From a virus (lineage: Duplodnaviria; Caudoviricetes): a DNA stretch of 64,000 nucleotides. Positions 1 to 8,763 of the stretch are shown here, one piece after another. The notes beneath the pieces are model-generated. The model saw nothing but the letters and a program-made list of their open reading frames with translations. It searched no databases and had not been told where the DNA came from. The stretch is from positions 32,001-96,000 of the IMG/VR virus record IMGVR_UViG_3300020037_005233; one strand, written 5' to 3'. Every line of letters starts with the position of its first letter. The first letter of the stretch is position 1. A program made the translations under genes and the position numbers.

Positions 1-1
1 C

Positions 2-265
2 GATTGTGTTTGGCAGAATTACTCTGGGAAAGATTTAAAGATTCCTGCGCTAGGTTACCGCGCCTCACTTAAGTACTGGACCAAAAATCCGGGCAGCAGA
101 GAGGCCTTATTAAATAAGGTCAAAGCTCTCGCTGGCGATGACTTCACCGTGACAGAGACTAAGAGCAAGTTCTGGCCTACCACTGCTAGGAACTTAGTTT
201 TTAGAACTGGCGACCCTGCCACAGCTAAAAAAATAAACGCTGCTAGGTACGATATTGAGAGCTAG
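2..265 (+). CDS. 3' end of a hypothetical protein (runs off the window start)
   Basis: Open frame DCVWQNYSGK...RYDIES ending in TAG at 263-265, followed by a hairpin. Confidence 0.6.
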   Translation, partial: DCVWQNYSGKDLKIPALGYRASLKYWTKNPGSREALLNKVKALAGDDFTVTETKSKFWPTTARNLVFRTGDPATAKKINAARYDIES

Positions 266-294
266 CACGCACATAATTTCCGTGTGTGCTAGCT
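260..294. terminator. Hairpin between convergent genes, probable terminator
   Basis: AGCTAGCACGCAC-ATAATTTCC-GTGTGTGCTAGCT inverted repeat. Confidence 0.6.
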
Positions 295-296
295 GC

Positions 297-557
297 TTAA
301 TCAATATAAATTTTACTACCGTCACCAAGCTCCGCGTACAGAACCGTGTACCTAGTATTCCCACACATAGGATTGTATGTGGTATCCTCGTCCCCAGCTC
401 TCTGGAACTCCCACTCTCTGTTGCAATCACAGCCGTAGTTTCCTTCGGTCCACCAGTAGTGCGAGTGCTCACCCCAGGTAATCCCTTTCTGATCCCCTAT
501 GCGGATCTCACCAGTCTCATTGTTTTTAATAGCGACTTTATAGTTTTGTTCTATCAT
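297..557 (-). CDS. Hypothetical phage protein (GNYGCDCNR Cys motif)
   Basis: ORF track; Cys-rich motif typical of small phage proteins. Confidence 0.7.
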   Translation of the reverse strand: MIEQNYKVAIKNNETGEIRIGDQKGITWGEHSHYWWTEGNYGCDCNREWEFQRAGDEDTTYNPMCGNTRYTVLYAELGDGSKIYID

Positions 558-560
558 GAG

Positions 561-668
561 TCAGTACAGAAGGGGGATCTCTGTCTCCTCAATTATTACT
601 TCAATATACAAATCAGCTTGCCTATCTAACAGTGCCCAAAGATCTTTCACCAATTCTGAATAGAGCAT
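561..668 (-). CDS. 35-aa hypothetical protein (MLYSELVKDL...)
   Basis: GAGGAG SD, directly downstream of the repeated promoter; not in ORF track. Confidence 0.55.
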   Translation of the reverse strand: MLYSELVKDLWALLDRQADLYIEVIIEETEIPLLY

Positions 669-689
669 ATAAATTTCTCCTCTAAAGAT

Positions 690-718
690 CTTATACCCGA
701 AAAGAGTCCTATTTAGCC
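690..718 (-). promoter_or_regulatory. Phage promoter copy 1 (GGCTAA-N17-TATAAG)
   Basis: Matches the 9-copy consensus. Confidence 0.75.
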
Positions 719-1239
719 TGTATGAAAAACACCTTAGTCACATCACAACTATGGATGAGCGCGGTATTACCGAAACGTCCTAGCTCTTCAGGCGTCCATG
801 TCGAGACATGGTCTTCGAACGGGTTGTCTCTAACACCCTTTTGCGGGCAGTTTGAGTAAGAAATAATTGCTGTCTTAGTGTGCTTGAAAATCTCTTCTAA
901 AAGCTGGTTTGCCTCATCTTTGTACAGATGCTCGAGTACTTCTAGGAAGGTGACCATATCGTACTGGCCTAAGTTTGGTAGCACGTCCTGAGCAAGGCCG
1001 ATGTGGATGCGGTCGTAATTAGCCCAGCATGGGGAGCGGTATTTCTCATGCACTTCGATGCCTTCTATAACAGTCTTCCACTCCGGCTGGTAAAATCTCC
1101 AACTCCACACGTCTGTGTACTCTCTTGTGAGTGTTCCCCACTTCCCAAATCCCACGCCTATGTCCAGCACGCGCTTGGGCTGAACCTCTAAGATCTTTGT
1201 AGCAACAGGACTGATAAGAGCTGGGTGTGATGTAGGCAT
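709..1239 (-). CDS. Class I SAM-dependent methyltransferase
   Basis: VLDIGVGFGKWG motif I, GIE, YDMV..LEVLEHL. Confidence 0.85.
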   Translation of the reverse strand: MPTSHPALISPVATKILEVQPKRVLDIGVGFGKWGTLTREYTDVWSWRFYQPEWKTVIEGIEVHEKYRSPCWANYDRIHIGLAQDVLPNLGQYDMVTFLEVLEHLYKDEANQLLEEIFKHTKTAIISYSNCPQKGVRDNPFEDHVSTWTPEELGRFGNTALIHSCDVTKVFFIQAK

Positions 1240-1264
1240 TGGCTGACGCTACCTCAGCCCAGAA

Positions 1265-1513
1265 CTACTTGGAAAGAAATTTTTTGATTGCAGCTACAAG
1301 CCCCGGTCTAGGCTTTGGGTGCTCCCCATGTAGGGCTTTTAAGTGTTTACCCATGGACCGGCCTGTGGCACGAGCCAGCGCGTATTCGTCAGCCAGGTCT
1401 CTTGCGACCCTCTCAGCTTTATGGGTACCGCCTAGTCTGCCACTGCTAAGTGCGGCTTGGATGATGCGGTGTCGACTTAGTGCGGCAAGTTTACTGAAGC
1501 CTTTTGTGAACAT
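1265..1513 (-). CDS. Small basic protein with N-terminal MFTKGFSKLA tag (putative virion cargo)
   Basis: Shared N-terminal motif. Confidence 0.7.
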   Translation of the reverse strand: MFTKGFSKLAALSRHRIIQAALSSGRLGGTHKAERVARDLADEYALARATGRSMGKHLKALHGEHPKPRPGLVAAIKKFLSK

Positions 1514-1540
1514 AGTTAAATTTTATCTTGTTAAAGATTG

Positions 1541-1573
1541 GTAGTCACGCAGATTATAAGTCTGCGTGACTAC
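1541..1573. terminator. 12-bp hairpin, probable terminator
   Basis: GTAGTCACGCAG-N9-CTGCGTGACTAC. Confidence 0.6.
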
Positions 1574-1582
1574 AACTACTTC

Positions 1583-1795
1583 CTATGGTTTATCCATAGA
1601 CTTCATAAGCCGCTCTAGTACAGCCCTCCTATGCTCTAGATCAGTAACTTTTCTAGTTTCTTTTTCTACGAGGTCTTGTAAGGATTTTATATGCTCATCT
1701 TTCATTTTTACGGCAGCGCTGTGCCGATTGTACCAGTAAAAGCCTATAAGAGCCCCAACCGCAAAAATCAGCAGGTACGTGATTAATAAATTCAT
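1583..1795 (-). CDS. Small membrane-anchored coiled-coil protein
   Basis: N-terminal hydrophobic helix then heptad pattern. Confidence 0.65.
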   Translation of the reverse strand: MNLLITYLLIFAVGALIGFYWYNRHSAAVKMKDEHIKSLQDLVEKETRKVTDLEHRRAVLERLMKSMDKP

Positions 1796-1809
1796 AGTTA
1801 ACTCTCTTT

Positions 1810-2154
1810 CTATTTTACAAGATGTTTACAGTCGTGAGCCAGCATCCTCACACGCTCGCGTGTGATGACTTCTGGGGTAGCTTTAACGGCCATCTCTAAA
1901 ACGCTCATGGTATTCTCTATCATTTCTCTGCATGTTTCTTCCGACAAATTAATGGTCTGTTGTTTAGAGACCTCTTCAGCAATCAGTGCCTCGACTATAT
2001 TCGAGGCAGCTAACCCTACAAGAACACCACCCACCTTACAGGTGAACATATTGATATCAAGACTAGGATCCGCTTTAATCTGAGCAACCGCCAATGCGAC
2101 CACAACCTGCTTGATAGCTTCTGCGATTTCTTTTGTTGTTTTTATATTAGACAT
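1810..2154 (-). CDS. Hypothetical protein
   Basis: AAGGAG SD before MSNIK start. Confidence 0.65.
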   Translation of the reverse strand: MSNIKTTKEIAEAIKQVVVALAVAQIKADPSLDINMFTCKVGGVLVGLAASNIVEALIAEEVSKQQTINLSEETCREMIENTMSVLEMAVKATPEVITRERVRMLAHDCKHLVK

Positions 2155-2217
2155 AACTACTCCTTTAAAAAGGCAGCCGCACACATTTCTGTATACGGCT
2201 GCCCATGATTTAGTACC

Positions 2218-3048
2218 TTAGTTATTCACTGACTCGAACGTTACAGGATGGTATATTCTCACCGGTACACTTGGTGGGAATCTATTAGCCTGTGTGATTG
2301 CCTGTGCGCCGGTTAACACGGTAGAGCTGTTGTTAGTACATGCTCTATTCGTGTCTTCCTTAGACAAGTAAGTCACTGACTGTGTTCTGAAGCCTGTGTT
2401 AATCTTCAACGCATTACCCGTGGTGCTTGAGTTGTTAAACTTCCACATCACAATAGCTTTGCCATGAAGATTAGCCTGAACGTATCCCTGGCCTGTGCAG
2501 TTAGCACCGGCAAAGTACACATCTACAGTGCTCGGTAAAAACCCGTTAAGGTCATACCATGCAACAGCGTCATCAGTTTGGTCGTAGACAAACAGGTTAG
2601 CGCTGATACCGCCACCAGTGGTTGAGATCAAACGATCACCAACCACGGTGTTATCAGCGTCCTTAACCTTGAACCATCTGCCATCAGCACCTGCTGCTCC
2701 TGCTGTTCCTGCAACACCTTGAGCACCCTGAGCACCGGCTGCACCAGCAGCTCCTGTGGCACCGGCAGAACCGGTTGCTCCTGTAGGGCCTGTTGCTCCG
2801 GTTGCGCCTACAGCACCAGTAGAGCCTGCGGCACCACTGATTGAAGCAGACGTTCCATCCGTACAAGTGATCGTAGCTGTGTTACCGCTTTGTGACACAG
2901 AACAACTACCTGAGACAGATGTAGACGCTTGCGCTGCTTGATTGCCGGTACTGAGGGGGCTATCAGCATTCATGCTTGATACCGCACCCTCGCAACCAGC
3001 GGTTATAAGACTCATTGAAACTACCAACATCATTTTTACATTTCTCAT
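2218..3048 (-). CDS. Lipoprotein with collagen-like Gly-X-Y repeat
   Basis: Signal peptide with lipobox (LITAG-C); about 17 consecutive GXY triplets. Confidence 0.8.
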   Translation of the reverse strand: MRNVKMMLVVSMSLITAGCEGAVSSMNADSPLSTGNQAAQASTSVSGSCSVSQSGNTATITCTDGTSASISGAAGSTGAVGATGATGPTGATGSAGATGAAGAAGAQGAQGVAGTAGAAGADGRWFKVKDADNTVVGDRLISTTGGGISANLFVYDQTDDAVAWYDLNGFLPSTVDVYFAGANCTGQGYVQANLHGKAIVMWKFNNSSTTGNALKINTGFRTQSVTYLSKEDTNRACTNNSSTVLTGAQAITQANRFPPSVPVRIYHPVTFESVNN

Positions 3049-3071
3049 ACGTACTCCTTTGTTATTGTTTA

Positions 3072-3302
3072 TTACTCTGACTCAGCTTCAACACTGCCTT
3101 CTTTTACAACCAGAAGTAGTCCCCATCTTTTTAGGAACTCTCTTGAGTTGTTTTTCACAAATGATTCTTTAAGTGCTGTGACCAATGCTTCAGCTGTCTC
3201 TAACTTAGATACACTGCGGCTTTGCTCGGCAGCCTTCATGAGCTCTGCTTCGAACTCATGTAAGCCATCTATAAGCATCATCGCTTCTTTTACTTCTTTC
3301 AT
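3072..3302 (-). CDS. Hypothetical protein
   Basis: ORF with GAGG SD. Confidence 0.6.
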   Translation of the reverse strand: MKEVKEAMMLIDGLHEFEAELMKAAEQSRSVSKLETAEALVTALKESFVKNNSREFLKRWGLLLVVKEGSVEAESE

Positions 3303-3651
3303 GGGACACCTCTATGTTTCTGACCAGGTTTATAAAGGCATCAAAACTTTTTATATCACACCTTATCTGCCTGTGCTCCAGCAGCCGCTGGTACCAGGGT
3401 AAGGATCTGATGTAGTCTGTTTTGATAACATTTAAGAACTCGGCTCTTAGTTTAAGCGCACTGACAGCGGTAAGCCTGACGTCGATCTCTATTTCTAGGA
3501 TTTCATCGGGCTTATGCATGTACTTGTTGCAGAAGCTCTCTGCGCACAACTTCGCTTGTTCGATGAGAACAAGATCCCTTGTACGGCAAGACACTTCTTC
3601 AATCATGGCGCATGAAATGTTATCAAGAACATCCTCTACATCATGATTCAT
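3256..3651 (-). CDS. Hypothetical protein
   Basis: ORF with GAGGAG SD. Confidence 0.6.
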   Translation of the reverse strand: MNHDVEDVLDNISCAMIEEVSCRTRDLVLIEQAKLCAESFCNKYMHKPDEILEIEIDVRLTAVSALKLRAEFLNVIKTDYIRSLPWYQRLLEHRQIRCDIKSFDAFINLVRNIEVSHERSKRSDDAYRWLT

Positions 3652-3652
3652 A

Positions 3653-3733
3653 TTAACTCCTCATACACAAATAGACATGAACAAGTGAAAAAATTCCTAC
3701 ACTTGTGCCTAAAATTATTATTTCTAAATTCAC
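3653..3733 (-). CDS. 26-aa hydrophobic micropeptide
   Basis: AGGAGG SD, GTG start, single TM-like stretch. Confidence 0.45.
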   Translation of the reverse strand: MNLEIIILGTSVGIFSLVHVYLCMRS

Positions 3734-3750
3734 AACAACCTCCTATAAAA

Positions 3751-3776
3751 GGGGGAGAGCCCGAAGGCCCTCCCCC
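3751..3776 (-). terminator. Rho-independent terminator
   Basis: GC stem with TTCG loop followed by TTTT on the minus strand. Confidence 0.7.
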
Positions 3777-3795
3777 AAGTTAACTAACTAGAGTA

Positions 3796-4188
3796 TTAAG
3801 CGGCTTTCTTAGCATGGGATTTACCCTTGCTAAGTATTTCACTTTTACTCGCCTTACTTGCTATAGCAGCGGTAGCAGCAAACACAATAACAGTGACACC
3901 TGCTTGGAGGAACCTGTCCACCCAAGTAGATACTTTATTGTTCTTAGGCTTAGCTGCTTCAGCTAGCTTTTCTTCTAGAAACGAATAATCAACCTGATTA
4001 AGAGTTCGTTCGATAATGATTTTTCTATCGCTATCGTTGAGTTCTAGGGAGTTTTTTTTGATGTATGATTCTAGCTCATCCGCAGCTTTCTGACGCATAA
4101 TTTCAATGCTTTTGACATCGATCTTAGAGTCAGCTGGTTTAGAATCAACTGCTTCAGACTTCACTTCTTTTACTTGTTCATTACTCAT
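3796..4188 (-). CDS. Hypothetical protein with C-terminal TM helix, downstream of the hammerhead
   Basis: AAGGA SD; hydrophobic segment GVTVIVFAATAAIAS. Confidence 0.7.
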   Translation of the reverse strand: MSNEQVKEVKSEAVDSKPADSKIDVKSIEIMRQKAADELESYIKKNSLELNDSDRKIIIERTLNQVDYSFLEEKLAEAAKPKNNKVSTWVDRFLQAGVTVIVFAATAAIASKASKSEILSKGKSHAKKAA

Positions 4189-4209
4189 ATTGTTTCCTTT
4201 GTTCGTTGT

Positions 4210-4274
4210 TATCCCATTTGCTCATCAGTGCAGGATAGGGGAATACCTGCAGACCCTAACAGGGTTTCGCATAT
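4210..4274 (-). ncRNA. Type II hammerhead ribozyme
   Basis: Minus strand: AUAUGC-GAAA-CCCU guu AGGG-UC/UGCAGG-loop-CCUGCA-CUGAUGA-GCAAAU; complete core and three stems. Confidence 0.9.
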
Positions 4275-4302
4275 TTAAGCTGATCCAAGCAGTACAAATA
4301 GA

Positions 4303-4350
4303 AACCCCTAGATTTAGCTGCCTGTAATAGCGCAACTAAATCTAGGGGTT
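4303..4350. repeat. 15-bp perfect inverted repeat in 5' leader
   Basis: AACCCCTAGATTTAG-N18-CTAAATCTAGGGGTT. Confidence 0.8.
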
Positions 4351-4377
4351 ACTGAGAGATATTATTCTCCTATTAAG

Positions 4378-4406
4378 CTTATACCCGAAAAACATCACTT
4401 TTTGCC
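4378..4406 (-). promoter_or_regulatory. Phage promoter copy 2 (GGCAAA-N17-TATAAG)
   Basis: Consensus match. Confidence 0.8.
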
Positions 4407-4425
4407 ACTTATACACAGACCCTGT

Positions 4426-4965
4426 TTAAGGCCTCATAACTGACATAACGATGCCCCAGATATATACATGACATTCTGTAACGGCTGAAAATCCGTTAGC
4501 CGCTCTTACTTTATAGGCAGGTGTTTTCCTTGCCATGACGATACAGTGCTCTGTGCTAGTATCTGTCATGTCCTCTCCTGCCATGGCCGTAGCCATGTTG
4601 TCTTTCATGAGTGTGGATACTAATACCTCTGTATCAGGATGCCTTCGTAACATCTCAGAAAACAGCTGCGTAAACACACCCATTCCTCTGTAGTTCTCCG
4701 ACACCTCTATAGAATCAAGAGATATCTCTCCTGGCTTTCTGGGGTCTACTCTGTATAAAAGTGCTCCTACACGGTCACCGTTATTGTTGTAGCCCTCGAT
4801 TACGTTGTTTATTTCTACGCCTGTATTGAACACACTAGACTCCAGTCTAAGCATGCCCAGGCCTGGTACGGTTAGGTAAGCACTGCACACAGCAGGCTCT
4901 ACCGCAGAAACAGAAATAGCTGCTGCTATAGCCACACCTATGGCGGCCTTGATTAAAGCTTTCAT
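4426..4965 (-). CDS. GNAT-fold acetyltransferase with signal-like N-terminus
   Basis: IEVSENYRGMGVFTQL acetyl-CoA motif A. Confidence 0.7.
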   Translation of the reverse strand: MKALIKAAIGVAIAAAISVSAVEPAVCSAYLTVPGLGMLRLESSVFNTGVEINNVIEGYNNNGDRVGALLYRVDPRKPGEISLDSIEVSENYRGMGVFTQLFSEMLRRHPDTEVLVSTLMKDNMATAMAGEDMTDTSTEHCIVMARKTPAYKVRAANGFSAVTECHVYIWGIVMSVMRP

Positions 4966-5008
4966 AAGACCTCCGATATTTAAGTTGTTTGGGGATTACT
5001 TTAATAAC

Positions 5009-5044
5009 CGTACTTACTGAGATGGCCACACCTCAGTAAGTACG
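5009..5044. repeat. 13-bp perfect inverted repeat in 5' leader of the GNAT gene
   Basis: CGTACTTACTGAG-N10-CTCAGTAAGTACG. Confidence 0.75.
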
Positions 5045-5101
5045 TAAGGAACCATGCTAGTGTATGCATGGGAGTATAATTGATATTTTTACTCTATTAA
5101 G

Positions 5102-5130
5102 CTTATACCCGAAAAAACGCGGTTTTTGCC
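5102..5130 (-). promoter_or_regulatory. Phage promoter copy 3
   Basis: GGCAAA-N17-TATAAG. Confidence 0.8.
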
Positions 5131-5137
5131 ATGTGGT

Positions 5138-5335
5138 TTAGGCTGGTTTTTTGGGGGTAGGTAGAAACCCAAATTGATTGGGTCTAGGGACATTAGCAGG
5201 GTCAATGTCGGTGTAGCTCTTCTTACCGGCTTTGAGTGCCATGCGTTCCCATGTAGAGGACCTAGGCTTTAGCTCGTTTGCAGCGGGTAACTTCTTTGTC
5301 TGGTTGTAGAAACCCTTAAGGAACTTGGATAACAT
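5138..5335 (-). CDS. Small basic protein with variant tag MLSKFLKGF
   Basis: ATG 11 nt after TGCTATAAT; partial motif. Confidence 0.55.
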   Translation of the reverse strand: MLSKFLKGFYNQTKKLPAANELKPRSSTWERMALKAGKKSYTDIDPANVPRPNQFGFLPTPKKPA

Positions 5336-5400
5336 AGTGGCTGTGATTATAGCACTGACACTTAAAATAAAAAAGGGGCAGCCAGTGGCCACCCCTTTTA

Positions 5401-5679
5401 TCAGTGCTGAAGGTCTTCTTCACACATATCCATAGGGCTTGCTACATATTCCCTGGCTGGTACCACGAACGCCTCTGGAGACCTGTAGGTGCTTAGAGGA
5501 ATCTCTGGGTTGAACCTGATGGTGATGGTTCTGGTCAGGGGCAGCAATATCTCTTGTCCTGGCAAGGTGATCTGCTTAGCCTGCAAAAGCTTTTGGCCTA
5601 GTTGGATCAGTTGTTCTGGATCTGTGATATCTACTATCGTAGACGAGATGGTTGTTGATTTATCTAGTATCTTTTCCAT
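5401..5679 (-). CDS. Hypothetical protein
   Basis: ORF coupled to neighbour. Confidence 0.6.
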   Translation of the reverse strand: MEKILDKSTTISSTIVDITDPEQLIQLGQKLLQAKQITLPGQEILLPLTRTITIRFNPEIPLSTYRSPEAFVVPAREYVASPMDMCEEDLQH

Positions 5680-6009
5680 TTATTTCTTCTCCGTAAATAT
5701 GTAGCTAGTGGCTACGTTCTTAAAATGCTTCACCGCGTTTACATAACCGAGCCCAAACGATGTTCCCTCTGCAATCACAACTATGGGCTGTGAGTTGTTT
5801 GGAAACACAATCTCCTCTGGCACGCCATAGGGCGGGGCTACGTACGAAACAATCTTCTGCCCTGAGGGTGATATAGACGTTTCAAATTGTATTGGCTCTA
5901 TTAGTACTGGCGACGTCGCGTCAGGGTGTTCGTCAGGGCACTCTAGCAGCCCTACATACTTTCCCTGCGGTGTTGATACTATTGCTAGTGTTGATTCTTC
6001 TGGTACCAT
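5680..6009 (-). CDS. Hypothetical protein
   Basis: AAGGAG SD. Confidence 0.65.
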   Translation of the reverse strand: MVPEESTLAIVSTPQGKYVGLLECPDEHPDATSPVLIEPIQFETSISPSGQKIVSYVAPPYGVPEEIVFPNNSQPIVVIAEGTSFGLGYVNAVKHFKNVATSYIFTEKK

Positions 6010-6018
6010 TTTAACTCC

Positions 6019-6597
6019 TTAGTGCATTCCACCTTCGATTACTCTTAGCGCGTGTTGTCTTGCTTGTAGCATCTGCCCTGCTGCAGACGCGGCCCTGTCT
6101 GAGGCTGGGATGAACCGCTCTATTACTTGCTGCATTGAATCCAACCTCCCTCTTTGTCGATCGAGCTCTTCCATCATTACCGACCTGTCCTCAAGCATTT
6201 GGGATCTAGCTGCCTCAAGCACTGAGACGTGTACAAGATCTCTTGTCGCATTTTCACGAATAAATAAGCTTAGGTTTGTTCTAAAGTCTTTACTGACAGT
6301 TGATTTAGATAGTAGTGCCACAACCACCATGTCTTTTTCGGACCACAGGTGCATGTCATTTCTAACTCTGGCTACACCAAACTCTACCCTGTTTTTCTTA
6401 ATAAACTCCTTAGCCTCGCGTTTTGCGAGGCTAAGGAGATCCAACTCATCTCTATGTCTGGTTACTACGGAATATAGTGCTGTTTGTGTTATACCGAGTG
6501 CTTTAGTTAACTGACCAGTAGTACAAAACAACTCCCCTTTCTCATCTTCCATCATCGGCATATAAAGACCCATAAAACTCCAGCGAACTAACTTCAT
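6019..6597 (-). CDS. ORF6N/antirepressor-like DNA-binding protein with coiled coil
   Basis: HTH-like TTGQLTKALGIT; LWSEKDM..VALLSKS..SKDFR pattern. Confidence 0.55.
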   Translation of the reverse strand: MKLVRWSFMGLYMPMMEDEKGELFCTTGQLTKALGITQTALYSVVTRHRDELDLLSLAKREAKEFIKKNRVEFGVARVRNDMHLWSEKDMVVVALLSKSTVSKDFRTNLSLFIRENATRDLVHVSVLEAARSQMLEDRSVMMEELDRQRGRLDSMQQVIERFIPASDRAASAAGQMLQARQHALRVIEGGMH

Positions 6598-6656
6598 AAT
6601 ATATCTCCTTTATTTAACTAAATCCTTAGCGTCTCAAAATGCAACGCTAAGGAAAT

Positions 6657-6845
6657 CTATTTCTTACCCGCAAGCTTAGCCGGATCAAATATCACAACCA
6701 CGGACCCGTCTTGGTTCATCTTCACCAATCTGGAGACTTGCTCAAGCTCTCTGATCCACCTTCTTCTATCGTCTACACTTGTTTTAACCACAGTAGTTTC
6801 ATCGTACGTTCTAGTCTTAAATGTCTCTTCTTTTTGTTCTTGCAT
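6657..6845 (-). CDS. Hypothetical protein
   Basis: AAGGAG SD. Confidence 0.6.
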   Translation of the reverse strand: MQEQKEETFKTRTYDETTVVKTSVDDRRRWIRELEQVSRLVKMNQDGSVVVIFDPAKLAGKK

Positions 6846-6854
6846 AATATCTCC

Positions 6855-8744
6855 TTATTTTGTCCAACAACTAGCTAGGTGCCCCTCTACTTCCATAGTG
6901 ACATACCGTAGCAACTTATTTGCTTCTTCCTTCATGATTTTGCACTGTAAAGCAAACACTGCCTCAGAGTCCGTCTTCTTTATATCGAGCACGATCTCAT
7001 CATACACGCTGTTATACATTCTAGCGTCGTACTTGCGTTGTTTGCACTCCTTCCTGATTCTGTACATTGCGGCTTTGGTCATTTCCGCGTTTACACTTTG
7101 GATGTGGAAGTTTGCTCCTTCTCTACTGATGCCAGCGAGTCTTGCTTTAACCATCTCGTTTACAACACCAGCGATTTCATAGTCACTTAGAGCCGACTCC
7201 CCACACTTTTTCTTCTTACATAGTTCTGCCACAACCTCTATCCTGAGCTTCTCCGGCTGTGGCCTAAACCACCTACGTTTTCTGCCTACAATATTAACAG
7301 CCTCAAACAGTGTGCTTGCCTCTGATTGCTTCGCTTCAAGCCACTCGATACAGGTTTTAAACGTCCTCTTATACCCGTAGTACATATCCTTAGTTTCTTG
7401 TGCAGTTATTTTTACTCCATTACCTACCAGATCCTCATAAAGAGACGTAGCTCCGAGCCCGTAAAAAAGACCGAAGTTTATTGCCTTTGCAGGATCTCTG
7501 AGGTGTTTATTTTCATTCTTTTTAGTAACAGGGACACCAAAGAGCATTGATGCCACGTAACAATGAAAGTCCTCTCCTGAGTTGAATCCACTGACCATCA
7601 GAGGATCCCCACTTAGATCAGCAGCAATCCTTAACTCAGCTCCAGAATAATCAACTGTTCCTAGTAATCGGTCTTCATCGGTGATGAACGCGTTACGATA
7701 CCGTTTTTCTCTGGGTATGTTCAGACAGTTTAGCCCGCCTACTGCAGCAGGCCTTCCGGTCTCTGTACCGTATTGATTAAACCTAAAATGCACACGCCCT
7801 GTAACAGGGTGAATAGCATCTAGATATTGCTGACCATAAGTGCTCAGTCGTTTTTGGACGGCTCTGTAAGCTTGCAACGCCTGCACCACAGGATACTGCT
7901 TGATCTTCCGCTGCGTCTTTTTATTTGTGTCTCTGATCATTTCCCCGTCTGCTTTAACCCCAAGCATCTGCAGGCCGTAGAGCACAACGGGGTTACTGTC
8001 GTAGTTTACAAAAACATCTCCGAACAAGTCACGCCCGTACACATTCTCGAAGTACACATCCAACTGGTTCTTAGCAACTAATGCAGCGGCGCGGTTATCA
8101 TCCATAACAACTTTCCACGCCGAGGCATCAATCTTCTGCCCGTAGTACTCTATATCTGCGAAAGCCTGCACAGCCCTAGATTCTGTAGTCCAGGCCCTGA
8201 GTACTCCCTCACTTCTCATCTTTTTTTGCATCTCATCTATGAGTGGTAGCAGTGCTTTGGCATCATTAGCCGCGTAATCAAGCTGTGCTTTGCTAAAGTC
8301 TCCCTTATGCCCTATGAATGATTTCTGAAGGGTTTTATCCACGTCAGTGCCTAGGTATTTTTTGCTTACAGCATCTAAGCCGTAACCTTCAAACTGTGTA
8401 CCCGCAGTGAGTGTATACTCTGCAAGCATGGTATCGAAGATGCCTTCGATATCACAACCAGCAGTTCCTTTAACCATCTTGTAGTCAAACCCTCCGTTGT
8501 GGAGTGCTTTCTTAATGAGCTCGTTCTCTAGCGTAGGCGCCAGTGCCTTAAGTACATTCACGTCTCTGCAATCAAGGACGTAAACGTGACTGTCTGTGGC
8601 TAGGGATGCCAAGACAACTTTATCTTTATGTGGGTCAAGTCCTGTGGTTTCAGTGTCGAAGCTTAGACGAGTAGCACTGCTCATTAGCTCGCTATTTAGC
8701 TGCTCCGCCTGCGACGGTGTTGTTATGTATTTGTATTCAGTCAT
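6855..8744 (-). CDS. polA: DNA polymerase family A (3'-5' exonuclease + polymerase)
   Basis: DTETTG ExoI, HNGGFD ExoII, YAAND ExoIII, DYSGAELR motif A, KAINFGLFYG motif B, VYDEIV motif C. Confidence 0.95.
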   Translation of the reverse strand: MTEYKYITTPSQAEQLNSELMSSATRLSFDTETTGLDPHKDKVVLASLATDSHVYVLDCRDVNVLKALAPTLENELIKKALHNGGFDYKMVKGTAGCDIEGIFDTMLAEYTLTAGTQFEGYGLDAVSKKYLGTDVDKTLQKSFIGHKGDFSKAQLDYAANDAKALLPLIDEMQKKMRSEGVLRAWTTESRAVQAFADIEYYGQKIDASAWKVVMDDNRAAALVAKNQLDVYFENVYGRDLFGDVFVNYDSNPVVLYGLQMLGVKADGEMIRDTNKKTQRKIKQYPVVQALQAYRAVQKRLSTYGQQYLDAIHPVTGRVHFRFNQYGTETGRPAAVGGLNCLNIPREKRYRNAFITDEDRLLGTVDYSGAELRIAADLSGDPLMVSGFNSGEDFHCYVASMLFGVPVTKKNENKHLRDPAKAINFGLFYGLGATSLYEDLVGNGVKITAQETKDMYYGYKRTFKTCIEWLEAKQSEASTLFEAVNIVGRKRRWFRPQPEKLRIEVVAELCKKKKCGESALSDYEIAGVVNEMVKARLAGISREGANFHIQSVNAEMTKAAMYRIRKECKQRKYDARMYNSVYDEIVLDIKKTDSEAVFALQCKIMKEEANKLLRYVTMEVEGHLASCWTK

Positions 8745-8763
8745 GGGAAAAACCTCTAGAGAT

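Noticed and set aside
2690-2840. Tandem DNA repeat
   Set aside because: Explained by the Gly-X-Y coding periodicity of the collagen-like gene
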